Source: Candidatus Binatia bacterium (GTDB lineage Bacteria; Desulfobacterota; Binatia; UBA9968; CAXXLF01). Taken from it: a stretch of 64,000 nt of DNA. Shown piece after piece: positions 28,691-39,686 of this stretch. The stretch lies in the NCBI GenBank assembly GCA_963664015.2, contig CAXXLF010000001.1:992001-1056000 (forward strand). Reading direction: 5' to 3'. Position 1 is the first letter of the stretch; each line of letters begins with the position of its first letter. Under the pieces are notes generated by a model. That model saw nothing but the letters and a program-made list of their open reading frames with translations, made no database searches and had not been told where the DNA came from. Made by a program: the position numbers and the translations under genes.

Positions 28691-28906
28691 CTACTGGTAT
28701 TTCTTCAAGAGTTCCATGATCTTATCTTTTCCTGTGAGCTTGAGTTTTTGGATCTTTTTCTTCTCAACCTCTTCCTCAGCGGTCAAATACCGATTCTGAA
28801 ATAAGAGCAACTTATCTTCCAGATCTAGGTGTTCTTCATAATACCGTTTGAGTTCGGGGTCCTTATCCAAAAGAGAAACAAGAATTTTTTGATCAACCTG
28901 CTCCAT
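28691..28906 (-). CDS. small DUF465/YdcH-like coiled-coil protein
   Basis: EEH..LE..L...YLT.EEEVEKKKIQKLKL.GKDKI; AGGAGG RBS. Confidence 0.75.
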   Translation of the reverse strand: MEQVDQKILVSLLDKDPELKRYYEEHLDLEDKLLLFQNRYLTAEEEVEKKKIQKLKLTGKDKIMELLKKYQ

Positions 28907-28944
28907 GGAAGACCTCCTTTTTGTATTATTACCTAGAACCAGAA

Positions 28945-28973
28945 AATTTATCTCACGCTATCGGTTTTGTCAA
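28945..28973 (-). promoter_or_regulatory. putative sigma70 promoter of the DUF465-ilvBN unit
   Basis: TTGACA-N17-TAAATT on minus strand. Confidence 0.55.
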
Positions 28974-29124
28974 CGGAACCTTCCTTCCTCTAAAAAGCCG
29001 GGAAATCGTAGAATTACTCCTATTGTTCAACGCCTTACCGCATGTACCTGGGGCGCGATTCAACCGCACTACTATTGGAAATAAGGCGGGGTACGTCTAA
29101 TAGGGTCGACACCCCTCCTTATCC

Positions 29125-29865
29125 CTATCTGGGTCTCTTCATGAATTCTGCTTCCGAGGGTCTCAAGTAAACCGGGGCCAAGAGGTCGGGAGAGTCGAAT
29201 TCCCCTTTTTCGACTCGCTCCACTGCCAGCCATGCTACTGCGAAGGCGATCGATGGATAGTCTTCTCCGTAGGTCAGCACCCCTTGATCCCCCCAGTGAT
29301 CTCGGATCAGGGATTCATATACCGCGCTGCCGTCACCGATGAAAAGACAATTGCCAGAACCCGATTGTCTGCTTCGTTCAAGAATCGAATTCGGCGAGCA
29401 AACAAGGTCCTCGACGAGGCGAACAAACCCCTCGTCCTCACTTCTCCGAAACAGTGCGGTATAAACCTCTTTTTTACGAGCATCCAGCATGGGGCAAATT
29501 AAGCCATTCCAGTTGCTCACCCGGGACGCAATAGCCAACAACGTGGGGATACCAACAAGCGGGACGTTCCACCCATATGCGAGCCCCTTGACCGTGCTTA
29601 GGCCTATGCGAAGTCCCGTAAATGAGCCCGGCCCGATGGAAACGGCTAAGGCCCCGATCTGCTGCCAGGAGCAATGGGTATTTTTGAAAAGGGACTCTAC
29701 CAAAGGCAGGAGGGTCTCTGCATGATTGGTTCTACGAGCAGGAAAAGACAACCCTGAGGCCGGCTTATCGCCAGCGCCGCGGACTTCCTCTTGAATCAAC
29801 CTTCCATTTTCGATGAGTGCACCGCTGGCCGTACCAGTCGATGTATCAAGCCCAAGGATAATCAT
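29125..29865 (-). CDS. tsaB: tRNA threonylcarbamoyladenosine biosynthesis protein TsaB
   Basis: ILGLDTS, GPGSFTGLRIG, DARKKEVY, PVYLRPSEAE. Confidence 0.95.
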   Translation of the reverse strand: MIILGLDTSTGTASGALIENGRLIQEEVRGAGDKPASGLSFPARRTNHAETLLPLVESLFKNTHCSWQQIGALAVSIGPGSFTGLRIGLSTVKGLAYGWNVPLVGIPTLLAIASRVSNWNGLICPMLDARKKEVYTALFRRSEDEGFVRLVEDLVCSPNSILERSRQSGSGNCLFIGDGSAVYESLIRDHWGDQGVLTYGEDYPSIAFAVAWLAVERVEKGEFDSPDLLAPVYLRPSEAEFMKRPR

Positions 29866-29871
29866 GAAAAA

Positions 29872-29982
29872 GCCATCAGCAATTAGCGGTCAGCAATCAG
29901 GGAAGCTTGAATTAACAGCTGCAGGCTGTCACCCGTAAGCCGAATGAAACAATTAGCTGAACGCCAATGGTTGACAGCCGAG
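29872..29982. repeat. heptamer-periodic inverted repeat between rseP and tsaB
   Basis: TCAGCAA TTAGCGG TCAGCAA TCAG ... GCTGA ACGCCAA TGGTTGA CAGCCGA. Confidence 0.5.
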
Positions 29983-29984
29983 AA

Positions 29985-31055
29985 CTAGCCTTCAAAAAAC
30001 CTAGCGATGTCATTATAAAATGCGTAGATCATAACGAGGATCAGAACAAATACCCCGACCTGTTGGGCTCTTTCCCGGTATTTAAGTTCTACCGGCCGAC
30101 CACGCATCCACTCCAATACGAAGAAGAGAACATGTCCACCGTCCAGGATCGGGATAGGCAAGAGGTTCAACACCCCCAGGTTCACACTCAGAATGGCAAC
30201 GAAAAACAGAAAATTCCAGACACCTTGACGAGCCTGCTCTCCGGCCAGCTGGGCGATGAGGAGAGGCCCTCCCAGGTTTTTGGGTGAGATGTCTCCGCTA
30301 ACCATTTTATAAAGAGCTACCAGGGTCAGGACCGAGTACTCCCCTGTCCGATAAAAGGCCTGCCCGATAGCGGTCAAGGGATTACTCTTTTCCACTGAAA
30401 CGGTGCTACCGATCCCGATGACCCAATACGTTGTGTTCTCACCGAAAACGGTCTTGCCTTCCTTCTCGACGGGCTGAACCTTGACCTGCATCTCACGACC
30501 GTCCCTTTCGACACGGAGAACCAGAGGTTGACCCTGGCTATTCTTGATATTCGCTGAAAGCTCTTCCCAACTACCAATATGCTCAGATTCGATAACCAGA
30601 ATCCGATCGCCCTTTTGCAACCCCGCTTGAGCGGCGGGAGAGTTCGGTTCGACCGCACCGATCTGATTGATCAGCACAGGGGTCCCAAAAAACATGAAGA
30701 TTGAAGCGAAGACAACGATAGCCAGGATAAAATTAAATATCGGTCCCGCCGCGACGATGGCAATGCGCTTGCCCAAACTTTTATTCGAAAAGGATTTTTC
30801 CAGATCGCCCGACTGAACCTCCTGGTCGGGATCCTCCCCAACCATCTTGACGTACCCTCCCAGAGGAAAGGCGCTCACGACGTACTCGGTTTCGCCCACC
30901 TTTTTGGAAATGATCTTGGGTCCGAAACCAATGGAAAACGTCACCACCCCCACACCGGACTTCTTCGCGACTATGAAGTGACCAAATTCGTGGAAGGCGA
31001 TGAGTATCCCCAAAGCTACCAAAGCCGAAACCACTGCCCAGATGATCGTTACCAT
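29985..31055 (-). CDS. rseP: RIP metalloprotease RseP
   Basis: HEFGH, PLGGYVKM, AAGPIFN, PDZ domain, NLLPIPILDGGH. Confidence 0.96.
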   Translation of the reverse strand: MVTIIWAVVSALVALGILIAFHEFGHFIVAKKSGVGVVTFSIGFGPKIISKKVGETEYVVSAFPLGGYVKMVGEDPDQEVQSGDLEKSFSNKSLGKRIAIVAAGPIFNFILAIVVFASIFMFFGTPVLINQIGAVEPNSPAAQAGLQKGDRILVIESEHIGSWEELSANIKNSQGQPLVLRVERDGREMQVKVQPVEKEGKTVFGENTTYWVIGIGSTVSVEKSNPLTAIGQAFYRTGEYSVLTLVALYKMVSGDISPKNLGGPLLIAQLAGEQARQGVWNFLFFVAILSVNLGVLNLLPIPILDGGHVLFFVLEWMRGRPVELKYRERAQQVGVFVLILVMIYAFYNDIARFFEG

Positions 31056-32224
31056 ACTGCAATCTCCTTGGATCTGCTCGCTACATGGGACGCCGCATAC
31101 TCCCGGGCCCAGCGGTCTACCTCCAGGATTTCGGAAATGTCCTGAGGTTGGGTTGCAGCATGGGCCTCTGTAGTCCTTTGTATAATTTTATGTATATCAC
31201 GGAATCCGATACGATTTTGCAGGAAGGCCCCAACAGCGACTTCATTGGCCGCATTGAGGACCGCGGGCATAGTGCCTCCCACCGCCAGCGCGTCATAGGC
31301 CAGTCTTAAAGCGGGATAGCGCTCGGGCTCCACCGGCAAAAAGTTTAACCCGCCCATTTGCCTAAGATCCAGCGTAGGAAGGTTCATCTTAAGGCGATAA
31401 GGACAGGAAAGGGCATAGGCAATGGGAATCTGCATATCGGGTATCCCCAATTGAGCAATTATTGTGCCATCCTGGTAACGAACCATGGAATGGACAATGC
31501 TTTCCGGATGGACCACAACTTCGACTTTCTCTAGCTCCATATCGAACAGCCAGCGCGCCTCAATGACCTCAAGACCTTTATTCATCATCGTTGCCGAATC
31601 GATCGTAATCTTAGGACCCATTTTCCAGTTGGGATGCTTGAGCGCCTGCTCCACGGTGACCTGGTCCAACTTTTTCAAATCTGTACGCAGGAAGGGTCCA
31701 CCGGAAGCCGTCAGGATGATTTGATCCGCTTCTTCCTTACGATTGCCCTGGAGGCACTGAAAAACGGCACTGTGCTCGCTATCCACAGGTACAAGTCGGG
31801 AGCCATTTTTCTTGGCCTCACGAAGGAACAGTTCCCCGGCCATGACCAGGGCCTCCTTATTGGCCAGGGCAACCTCCTTACCGGCCTGGACCGCAGCCAG
31901 CGTAGGGCCTAGTCCAGCTCCACCAACGATGGCAGCTACCACGACATCGACTCCGGACCCCGTCGCGACAGACCTGGCACCCGCCTCACCCCACAGAACC
32001 TGAGTTTTGGATCCCTTCAAGAGACCCTCCAGTTGTAGAGCCTGCTCTTTGTCAGCGATACTCACCCATTCGGGTGCGAACTCCAGGGCCTGTTGAGCCA
32101 AGACCTCCAGTTTTCGGCCGGCGGCCAGTCCACTTACCTTGAATAGGTCGGGAAAGCTCCGCACTAACTTGAGTGTGCTGACTCCGATGGAACCGGTAGA
32201 ACCTAGAATTGAGATTGATTTCAT
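31049..32224 (-). CDS. dxr: 1-deoxy-D-xylulose-5-phosphate reductoisomerase
   Basis: LGSTGSIG, LANKE, PVDSEH, HPNWKMG, NKGLEVIEA. Confidence 0.98.
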   Translation of the reverse strand: MKSISILGSTGSIGVSTLKLVRSFPDLFKVSGLAAGRKLEVLAQQALEFAPEWVSIADKEQALQLEGLLKGSKTQVLWGEAGARSVATGSGVDVVVAAIVGGAGLGPTLAAVQAGKEVALANKEALVMAGELFLREAKKNGSRLVPVDSEHSAVFQCLQGNRKEEADQIILTASGGPFLRTDLKKLDQVTVEQALKHPNWKMGPKITIDSATMMNKGLEVIEARWLFDMELEKVEVVVHPESIVHSMVRYQDGTIIAQLGIPDMQIPIAYALSCPYRLKMNLPTLDLRQMGGLNFLPVEPERYPALRLAYDALAVGGTMPAVLNAANEVAVGAFLQNRIGFRDIHKIIQRTTEAHAATQPQDISEILEVDRWAREYAASHVASRSKEIAVW

Positions 32225-33018
32225 GGATGGAGCACCTTTACGTAATAAGCTATAAACGCAGCTGGGAAAATGATGCTATCGATACGGTCCAACAATCCTC
32301 CGTGGCCGGGCAATAATCTACCCGAATCCTTCACACCGAAAACCCGCTTGATCCACGACTCAAATAGGTCTCCAATTTGAGCCAAGAAACCCACTACACC
32401 CGCAAGAAGGACCACCTCCAACCAGCTTAAAGCCGGAAGTAAAAACATTGCACCGAAAAACCCGGCGATCATGCTGGCCACCCCACCGCCTATCGCCCCC
32501 TCCACGGTTTTTCCCGGACTGACCTCAGGATACAATTTTCTTTTGCCTAGCGCCATCCCTGTGAAATAAGCTGCCGTATCTCCCGATGCCGCAACCAGCA
32601 GAATAAAAAAGACCCATTCGGTACCCTGAGAAGTTCCATATGTCACAACAATGTGCGGGAAAAGATATCCCAGATAAAAAACCCCCAATAGTGTCCAACC
32701 CAAATGGCAATATCGTTGCTCCAACTCCCCGGCGGAGAAAAGGTAGCCGCAGAAACCGACAAGGACCACCGGTACCACGAATAACCCGGGTTCAGCCAAT
32801 CCCGGCACGAGGATTGACATGGAAAGAACAACGCCCATAAAGATCCCCAACAACCGTTCCTTACGGTTTTTGGGAAAGGCCATACGAAAATACTCAGCTA
32901 GAGCAACCGCAGTGGTTAAAAAAACGAGGACGGAGAAGAGATACCAGACGTGCCCAAAGGTGATGATGGCGACGAGGAGGGGAATCGCAACGAGAGCCGT
33001 GGCCACCCTAGCCCGCAT
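32221..33018 (-). CDS. cdsA: phosphatidate cytidylyltransferase
   Basis: DTAAYFTG, SPGKTVEG, GDLFESWIKR..GVKDSG..PGHGGLLDRIDS. Confidence 0.95.
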   Translation of the reverse strand: MRARVATALVAIPLLVAIITFGHVWYLFSVLVFLTTAVALAEYFRMAFPKNRKERLLGIFMGVVLSMSILVPGLAEPGLFVVPVVLVGFCGYLFSAGELEQRYCHLGWTLLGVFYLGYLFPHIVVTYGTSQGTEWVFFILLVAASGDTAAYFTGMALGKRKLYPEVSPGKTVEGAIGGGVASMIAGFFGAMFLLPALSWLEVVLLAGVVGFLAQIGDLFESWIKRVFGVKDSGRLLPGHGGLLDRIDSIIFPAAFIAYYVKVLHP

Positions 33019-33053
33019 GCAGTTTCCTCGCAGTGTAGGTGAGAGAGGGTCCC

Positions 33054-33791
33054 TCAGATTTCCTGCTCATCGGTCCTCCCAAATCTCCTCTTACGCCGTT
33101 GGAACTCGACCAATGCCTGGACATACTGGGCTTCTCGAAAGTCAGGCCAAAGAACTGGTGTCACATAAAGCTCTGTGTATGGGATCTGCCAGAGAAAAAA
33201 ATTACTGATCCGCATTTCTCCGCTGGTGCGAATAAGGAGATCGGGATTCGGAATAGATGCAGTCTCCGTATACGATGTGATCATGGCTTCGTCAATCTCC
33301 TCCGGATCGCAGTTCCCGTCTTTAACATTTCTAGCGATCTGGCGAACCATTTTGACAATATCGTGACGGCCACTATAGCTTAAGGCCAAATTCACCGTAA
33401 TTCGCTTATTGTCCTTGGTAACGTCAATGATGGTTTCCAAAACCGATCGAACGGATGACGGCAGTCGGTCTCTCTCCCCGATAGCCATAAGCCGTACCCC
33501 TTTACGCATCATCCTGGCCTTTTCGTCCCACAGGTAACGTTCCAACAACCCCATTAGTGCTCCCACTTCCTCTTTGGGGCGGTGCCAATTATCAGTTGAA
33601 AATGCGTACAAGGAAAGATAGGGGATACCGAGCTTACGGCTCATTTCAACGACGGATTTTACTGACGATCGGCCTCTCCGGTGACCTTCAATACGGCTTT
33701 TTCCCCTTAACCTAGCCCACCGCCCGTTGCCATCCATGATGATCGCGACGTGTTTGGGCAATCTACTTTTGTCTAGGCCCTGAAGATTCAT
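33054..33791 (-). CDS. uppS: undecaprenyl diphosphate synthase
   Basis: HVAIIMDGNGRWA, YAFSTDNW, DLLIRTSGEMRISNF; start 33791 or 33833. Confidence 0.96.
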   Translation of the reverse strand: MNLQGLDKSRLPKHVAIIMDGNGRWARLRGKSRIEGHRRGRSSVKSVVEMSRKLGIPYLSLYAFSTDNWHRPKEEVGALMGLLERYLWDEKARMMRKGVRLMAIGERDRLPSSVRSVLETIIDVTKDNKRITVNLALSYSGRHDIVKMVRQIARNVKDGNCDPEEIDEAMITSYTETASIPNPDLLIRTSGEMRISNFFLWQIPYTELYVTPVLWPDFREAQYVQALVEFQRRKRRFGRTDEQEI

Positions 33792-33829
33792 GCTATGCAG
33801 GAATTGATGGAGAGGATTATGGAGAGAGA

Positions 33830-34387
33830 TCAAACCTCCATGATCTCGTCTGCTTTAGTCTTAAGCACTTTCTCGACCTGCCCGATAAACTCATCGGTCA
33901 ACTTTTGGATTCGATCTTGAGACTGCTTGACCTCATCTTCAGTAATTTCCTTGTTCTTTTGCAATTCTTTCAGCTTTTCAATGGCCACACGCCTGTGATT
34001 GCGCCCGGAGACGCGGAACTCTTCGGCCAGCTTCTTTACATGTTTGGCTAGCTCCCTGCGTCGTTCTTCGCTCAACTCGGGGATGGGTATCCGGATTACT
34101 TTACCATCATTGGAAGGTGTCAGGCCCAGGTCCGCTTTAAGGATGGCCTTTTCGATCTGGGCCATGGCTCCCTGATCGTACACTTGGATGACCAGCAAGC
34201 GCGCTTCGGGCACCGAAAGACTCCCCAGTTGATTCAGGGGGGTTTGGCTCCCGTAATAATCGACCATGATACCTTCCAAGAGACCTGTCGAAGCCCGGCT
34301 GGTTCGCACCGTAGCCAGGTCCTTTCGGAAAGCTAACAACGTCCGATCCATTTCGCTTTTTAATTCCGAGAAAAAGGACTCGTTCAT
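33830..34387 (-). CDS. frr: ribosome recycling factor
   Basis: [26 protein letters not shown]; ATG 34387 overlaps pyrH stop (ATGA). Confidence 0.95.
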   Translation of the reverse strand: MNESFFSELKSEMDRTLLAFRKDLATVRTSRASTGLLEGIMVDYYGSQTPLNQLGSLSVPEARLLVIQVYDQGAMAQIEKAILKADLGLTPSNDGKVIRIPIPELSEERRRELAKHVKKLAEEFRVSGRNHRRVAIEKLKELQKNKEITEDEVKQSQDRIQKLTDEFIGQVEKVLKTKADEIMEV

Positions 34388-35115
34388 TTGTCCCCCATAG
34401 TAACAAGGGTGCCAATTTTTTCTCCGCAAATCACCTTTCGGATATTGCCCTTTTCCAGAATATTAAACACGACGATGGGAAGACGGTTGTCCATACAGAG
34501 GGAAACCGCTGTCGAATCCATTATCTTGAGTTCTTTGCTCAGCAGCTCCATATGAGACAGCTGACCGTACATTTTGGCTTCGCTGCTTTTCAGGGGATCG
34601 GCGTCATAGACGCCGTGAACCTTTGTGGCCTTGAGAATAACCTCCGCTCCCAATTCCATAGCACGAAGACTTGCGGTGGTATCGGTAGTGAAATAAGGAT
34701 TGCCCGTACCAGCCGCAAGGATCACTACCCGTCGTTTCTCCAAGTGGCGAACTGCTCTGCGGCGAATATAGGGTTCAGCAACTTGACGCATCTCGATGGC
34801 CGTCATAACGCGGGTGGATACGTCAGCTTTTTCTAAAGCATCCTGCAATGCAAGACTGTTGATTACGGTTGCCAGCATACCCATGTAGTCGGCGCTGGCA
34901 CGATCCATACCGCCCTCGCTGGCCTTGGATCCGCGCAGGATATTGCCCCCGCCCATAACCAGGGCCACCTCACAACCCAGTTCATGGACTTCCTTAACCT
35001 CTTCGCCGAAATCCTTGACCGTTTTACCGTCTATGCCGTGCTTCTGTGCCCCAGAGAGAACCTCACCCGTAACCTTTAAGATCACTCGCTTATACTTCAG
35101 GTTCCCACTGGCCAT
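34384..35115 (-). CDS. pyrH: UMP kinase
   Basis: [35 protein letters not shown]. Confidence 0.97.
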   Translation of the reverse strand: MASGNLKYKRVILKVTGEVLSGAQKHGIDGKTVKDFGEEVKEVHELGCEVALVMGGGNILRGSKASEGGMDRASADYMGMLATVINSLALQDALEKADVSTRVMTAIEMRQVAEPYIRRRAVRHLEKRRVVILAAGTGNPYFTTDTTASLRAMELGAEVILKATKVHGVYDADPLKSSEAKMYGQLSHMELLSKELKIMDSTAVSLCMDNRLPIVVFNILEKGNIRKVICGEKIGTLVTMGDK

Positions 35116-35132
35116 CCGAACTCCATTCGTCT

Positions 35133-35744
35133 CTAAGATTGCTTTGAGGCCCCTTCCCCAACATGGAATCGCACGAAGCGGCGCACCTGTATATTCTCGC
35201 CAATACGGCTGACGGCTTCTTTAATGAGGCCTCCCACATTGACATCCGAGTCTTTGATGAACTCCTGCTCCAAGAGGCAGACCTCTGAGTAAAAACGCTC
35301 CATCTTCCCGTCAACGATTTTCGCGAGCACTTTTTCCGGTTTTCCCGACTCGAGAGCCTGCTGGTGATAGATCTCTCGTTCTCTAGTCAACTCATCCTCA
35401 GGGACATCTTCTTTCCGGATATAACGCGGATTAGCCGCAGCGATTTGCATGGCAATATCCTTCAACAGGGCTTGGAATTCAGGAGTGCGTGCCACAAAAT
35501 CAGTCTCGCAATTGAGCTCTACCAGAACTCCGATCTTCCCTCCGCCATGGAGATAGGAACCCACCAGCCCTTCAGCCGCATCTCTCCCCTCTTTTTTGGC
35601 GGCCGAGGCCAACCCCTTTTGACGAAGATAATCAACGGCTTTCTCAAGGTCTCCTGCAGACTCCTGCAACGCCCTTTTGCAATCCATGATACCGGCGCCG
35701 GTCTTTACCCGTAGATCTCTCACATTTTCCGCTGTGATTTCCAT
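35133..35744 (-). CDS. tsf: elongation factor Ts (short form)
   Basis: [29 protein letters not shown]. Confidence 0.97.
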   Translation of the reverse strand: MEITAENVRDLRVKTGAGIMDCKRALQESAGDLEKAVDYLRQKGLASAAKKEGRDAAEGLVGSYLHGGGKIGVLVELNCETDFVARTPEFQALLKDIAMQIAAANPRYIRKEDVPEDELTREREIYHQQALESGKPEKVLAKIVDGKMERFYSEVCLLEQEFIKDSDVNVGGLIKEAVSRIGENIQVRRFVRFHVGEGASKQS

Positions 35745-35827
35745 CCCACTTAACCCCGTTGGAAAAATTTATTCGCTTCTACGCCTGTCCCACTAAGTCC
35801 TGAAAATAATTTTTCGAATCTATTCGA

Positions 35828-35853
35828 AGCCAACCTGAAGGCCCAGGTTGGTT
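35828..35853. other. rpsB-tsf intergenic hairpin
   Basis: AGCCAACCTG-AAGGCC-CAGGTTGGTT. Confidence 0.45.
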
Positions 35854-35876
35854 CTCCATCTCTTGCTGAAGAGGGT

Positions 35877-36674
35877 TTAATTTTCCCCGGGAGCAGCGTT
35901 TTCCGCAGCTACGAGCTCCATCGGGGGTTCCACGGTCGCTTCCGCAGCCTCGGCCTTTTCCTGAGCCTGTGCGGCCAATGTCTGTTCGTAAACGGCCTTC
36001 CCTTCAATTACCGCGTTCGCCACGGCCGAGCAGAAGAGTCGAATGGCCCGTATCGCATCGTCGTTACCAGGTACCTTATAATCAACAAGATCCGGATCGC
36101 AGTCTGTGTCAATAACGGCAACGACTGGGATTCCCAGTTTTCTAGCCTCACGAACGGCAATAGCTTCCTGTTTGGGATCGATGACAAATATTGCATCGGG
36201 CAATTTTTTGATATTTTTGATCCCGCCCAAGAAGCGTTCCAGTTTTTCCCTTTCCCGGCTCAAACCCAGCAACTCCTTCTTGGTAAGGGCCTCGGCAATC
36301 TTGGGGTCGGTTCCCATTTCGGTGATCTTTTTAAGGCGCTCGATACTTTTGCGCACCGTCTGAAAATTCGTCAGGGTGCCGCCCAACCATCGATGATAGA
36401 CGTAGTACATTCCACAGCGCCCAGCTTCTTCTTTGATGGTGTCCTGAGCTTGTTTTTTGGTTCCGACGAATAGGATTTGCCCTCCAGCGGCAACCAGATC
36501 CCGGACAAAGTCAACAACATCGGTGATCATCCTTACGGTCTGCTGAAGGTCCACGATATGGATGCCATTGCGGGCGCCGAAGATATAGGGTTTCATTTTC
36601 GGGTTCCAACGACTGGTCTGATGCCCGAAATGCACCCCTGCCTCAAGAAGCTGTTTCATAGAAATTTCTGTCAT
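35877..36674 (-). CDS. rpsB: 30S ribosomal protein S2
   Basis: [35 protein letters not shown]; ATG 36674 preferred. Confidence 0.98.
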   Translation of the reverse strand: MTEISMKQLLEAGVHFGHQTSRWNPKMKPYIFGARNGIHIVDLQQTVRMITDVVDFVRDLVAAGGQILFVGTKKQAQDTIKEEAGRCGMYYVYHRWLGGTLTNFQTVRKSIERLKKITEMGTDPKIAEALTKKELLGLSREREKLERFLGGIKNIKKLPDAIFVIDPKQEAIAVREARKLGIPVVAVIDTDCDPDLVDYKVPGNDDAIRAIRLFCSAVANAVIEGKAVYEQTLAAQAQEKAEAAEATVEPPMELVAAENAAPGEN

Positions 36675-36920
36675 AATAGTCCCTTTTATATACTCTTCAT
36701 CATCGAACTGGATGTTCTTTCCCTTCCCCACCGACGTCCCACTGGGCGGGATGGACAGTATTCAACACCCTATGCAAACAAAACACCTTTCCAAATCTAT
36801 CATTGGCCTACCGGATTCCGGCCAGAGCCGAAAAACCCTAGAGATGTTGCGCTTTTAGCAAATATTCAATGCTGCTGCAAGAGGCAAGGAGAGCTGAAAG
36901 GCTTGGGTGGTCGGAAATCG

Positions 36921-38246
36921 TCACTGACTCATAGAATCGAGGAACTCCTTGTTATCCTTGGTCCCACGCATCTTATCCAACAAAAACTCCATGGCCTCTA
37001 CCACGCTTAACTGAGACAACACCTTACGAAGTATCCAGATCCGATTGAGATCCTCCTGAGGAATGAGCAACTCTTCCTTCCTTGTGCCTGACTTATTAAT
37101 ATCGACGGCCGGGAACACGCGCTTGTCCATAAGGCGCCGATCCAAGAGGATCTCCATATTTCCCGTCCCTTTGAACTCTTCAAAGATAACCTCATCCATT
37201 CGGCTACCAGTGTCGATTAGAGCTGTGGCAATGATCGTGAGGCTTCCGCCATCTTCGATATTGCGTGCGGCACCGAAAAACTTCTTTGGTTTGTGCAGCG
37301 CATTGGAATCCACGCCGCCGGACAGTATCTTTCCGCTTGGCGGGACTACTGTGTTGTATGCCCGTGCCAGACGCGTAATACTGTCGAGCAAAATCACCAC
37401 ATCCTTTCCATGCTCCACCAACCGTTTGGCTTTCTCGATAACCATTTCTGCTACTTGGACATGTCGCGTTGCCGGCTCATCGAACGTGGAGCTGACGACC
37501 TCGCCTTCCACGGAGCGCTGCATATCGGTCACTTCCTCCGGCCGCTCATCAATCAGCAGCACGATCAAGACCACCTCTTCGTGATTGTGGGCGATAGCCT
37601 TGGCCACATTCTGCAGCATCATGGTTTTACCAGTCCGTGGGGCAGCTACGATCAGCCCTCTCTGCCCTTTCCCGATTGGGGTAAAGAGGTCAACAATTCG
37701 GGTAGTGAATCCATCCGGTTCGCATTCGAGTTTGAGGCGATCGTCAGGATAGAGGGGAAGCAGGTTGTCGAAGAGGATCTTATCCCGGGCCTTGTCAGGG
37801 TCCTCATAATTGATGGTTTCGACCTTGAGAAGGGCAAAGTACCGTTCGCCTTCCTTGGGGGGACGAATCTGTCCGGCAATAATGTCCCCCGTTCCCAGGC
37901 CAAAGCGTCTAATCTGGCTCGGTGAAACGTAGATGTCATCGGGACCAGGCAGGTAATTATAATCGGGAGCCCGGAGAAATCCGAAACCGTCCGGCAGGGT
38001 TTCCAGCACCCCTTCGCCACAGATAAATCCGTTCTTCTCGGTCTGGGCCTGAAGGATTGCAAAGATAAGCTCCTGGCGCCGCATACTGCCGGCCCCTTCT
38101 ACATTCAGGTTCTTGCCAAGCAGGGCCAGCTCACCGATCTTTTTCCCCTTCATTGTGGACAGATTCAGACCGTTCTGATCGGGCGTCTCCAGCTCAGATT
38201 GATTCTTTGCAGTTGCGATAGAAGCACCTCTCTTTGCAGTGCTCAA
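36921..38246 (-). CDS. rho: transcription termination factor Rho
   Basis: [48 protein letters not shown]. Confidence 0.98.
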   Translation of the reverse strand: MSTAKRGASIATAKNQSELETPDQNGLNLSTMKGKKIGELALLGKNLNVEGAGSMRRQELIFAILQAQTEKNGFICGEGVLETLPDGFGFLRAPDYNYLPGPDDIYVSPSQIRRFGLGTGDIIAGQIRPPKEGERYFALLKVETINYEDPDKARDKILFDNLLPLYPDDRLKLECEPDGFTTRIVDLFTPIGKGQRGLIVAAPRTGKTMMLQNVAKAIAHNHEEVVLIVLLIDERPEEVTDMQRSVEGEVVSSTFDEPATRHVQVAEMVIEKAKRLVEHGKDVVILLDSITRLARAYNTVVPPSGKILSGGVDSNALHKPKKFFGAARNIEDGGSLTIIATALIDTGSRMDEVIFEEFKGTGNMEILLDRRLMDKRVFPAVDINKSGTRKEELLIPQEDLNRIWILRKVLSQLSVVEAMEFLLDKMRGTKDNKEFLDSMSQ

Positions 38247-38538
38247 GGTAGACCTCCTAATTCGTTCGACTCAATTTTAGTATTGTTGATCTTATAAACC
38301 ACGGAATGCCGCGAACCCAACGAGGCACCCTTACAATCAAACTAGATATTGATTTACCTGACACCCTTATTCATCGAGCAGGAAGACACTGGCATGATCA
38401 GTCGACTTCAGTCGACTCAGGAATAGACTCCAGACGTGAGTTCTTGTTGTGAATTCCGAATCAAGTTTTTTACCGGGGTCTACGATGATTACTTCAGGTG
38501 AATGAGGGATTGTTTCCAGGGAATGATTAACAAATTTC

Positions 38539-38567
38539 ATTTTAAGAAATATCCAACTCTTTGTCAA
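38539..38567 (-). promoter_or_regulatory. sigma70 promoter of rho
   Basis: TTGACA-N17-TAAAAT on minus strand. Confidence 0.65.
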
Positions 38568-38585
38568 CCCCTCCCCCATTTAACA

Positions 38586-39686
38586 TCACCGATTAAGATC
38601 GCAGCGGTTTCCATTCATGGCATGCTGTCGTAATCCTTCTAGGAGCCGAACCATGTCCGGGAACCATGGGGCTTTCACGTCGAGCGGCTCTCCCGATCTC
38701 GGATGGGTGAATCGAAGCCTATCCGCATGGAGCGCTTGGCGGGAAAAATCAACGAGCCCTGAGACCCCCAACAGCCCTTTCCGTTCGGGGCCCACGCTTT
38801 TTCCGCCATATACCTTATCCTGAAGCACCGGGTAACCCTCATCCGCTAGATGAACTCTGATCTGATGGGTTCGCCCCGTGTGGGGCCTGACGCGCAACAA
38901 ACTGACCCAACCCTGCGGACCCAGCAGAGGGTCCAAGCAAAAAACTTGCTCCATTTCCCATTTGGTAATTGCGGGTCTTTTTCGTGCAAGGGAATAGAGG
39001 CTGGACATTTTCTTGCGGTCCGTCCGATGGCGCCCTATGGGGCGGTCAATAGTCCCCTTTTTCGGTTGCACCTTGCCCCACACAAACGCCACGTATTCTT
39101 TGGCAACGGACCGGTCCTTGAACTGGCCGGCGATCCGTTGAAAGGCCGTTTCGTTTTTTGCCACAACCATCACCCCCGACGTCTCTTTATCCAAACGATG
39201 CACAATCCCGGGCCTTCGCTCTCCCCCGATACCTTGTAGGTCCGGGCAATGATGGAGCAGCGCATTGACCAGCGTCCCGCGAGGGTTCCCCGCAGCTGGA
39301 TGAACCACCATACCGGGGGGTTTATTGACCAACAGCAGGTCCTCATCTTCAAAAAGGATGGGTAGAAAAAGGGGCTCGGCTACCAATCGTGTCTCTTGAG
39401 GAGAGACCCATTGGACCTCGATACAATCGCTCGATTTCAGCTTTACGCTCGATTTTACTAGCTGTCCATTGACCTTCACACATCCCCGGGTGATCAACTT
39501 TTGAACGGCCGATCGGCTCAGATCTACGGAGCCCGATTTCACATCTGCTTCCAACGGTGCCGCCGAGGATTCCTTGGATCTGTGAGTCGAAACCCCTTCC
39601 CCAAGGGAATCGAATAAGCGATGGGCTAAGAAAGCATCCAGACGCATGCCAGTGTGCTCATCTCCGACTGTGACACGATGGATCAT
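38586..39686 (-). CDS. rluD: RluA-family pseudouridine synthase with S4 domain (RluD-like)
   Basis: RLDAFL, NKPPGMVVHP, GIVHRLDKETSG, TGRTHQIRVH, RQALHA. Confidence 0.9.
   Translation of the reverse strand: MIHRVTVGDEHTGMRLDAFLAHRLFDSLGEGVSTHRSKESSAAPLEADVKSGSVDLSRSAVQKLITRGCVKVNGQLVKSSVKLKSSDCIEVQWVSPQETRLVAEPLFLPILFEDEDLLLVNKPPGMVVHPAAGNPRGTLVNALLHHCPDLQGIGGERRPGIVHRLDKETSGVMVVAKNETAFQRIAGQFKDRSVAKEYVAFVWGKVQPKKGTIDRPIGRHRTDRKKMSSLYSLARKRPAITKWEMEQVFCLDPLLGPQGWVSLLRVRPHTGRTHQIRVHLADEGYPVLQDKVYGGKSVGPERKGLLGVSGLVDFSRQALHADRLRFTHPRSGEPLDVKAPWFPDMVRLLEGLRQHAMNGNRCDLNR

Noticed and set aside
35133-35744. Short 203-aa EF-Ts as a truncation
   Set aside because: The short EF-Ts form is known in several phyla and its motifs are intact
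38367-38579. 70-aa ORF upstream of rho
   Set aside because: Overlaps the rho promoter, has no motif, and is better explained as leader sequence
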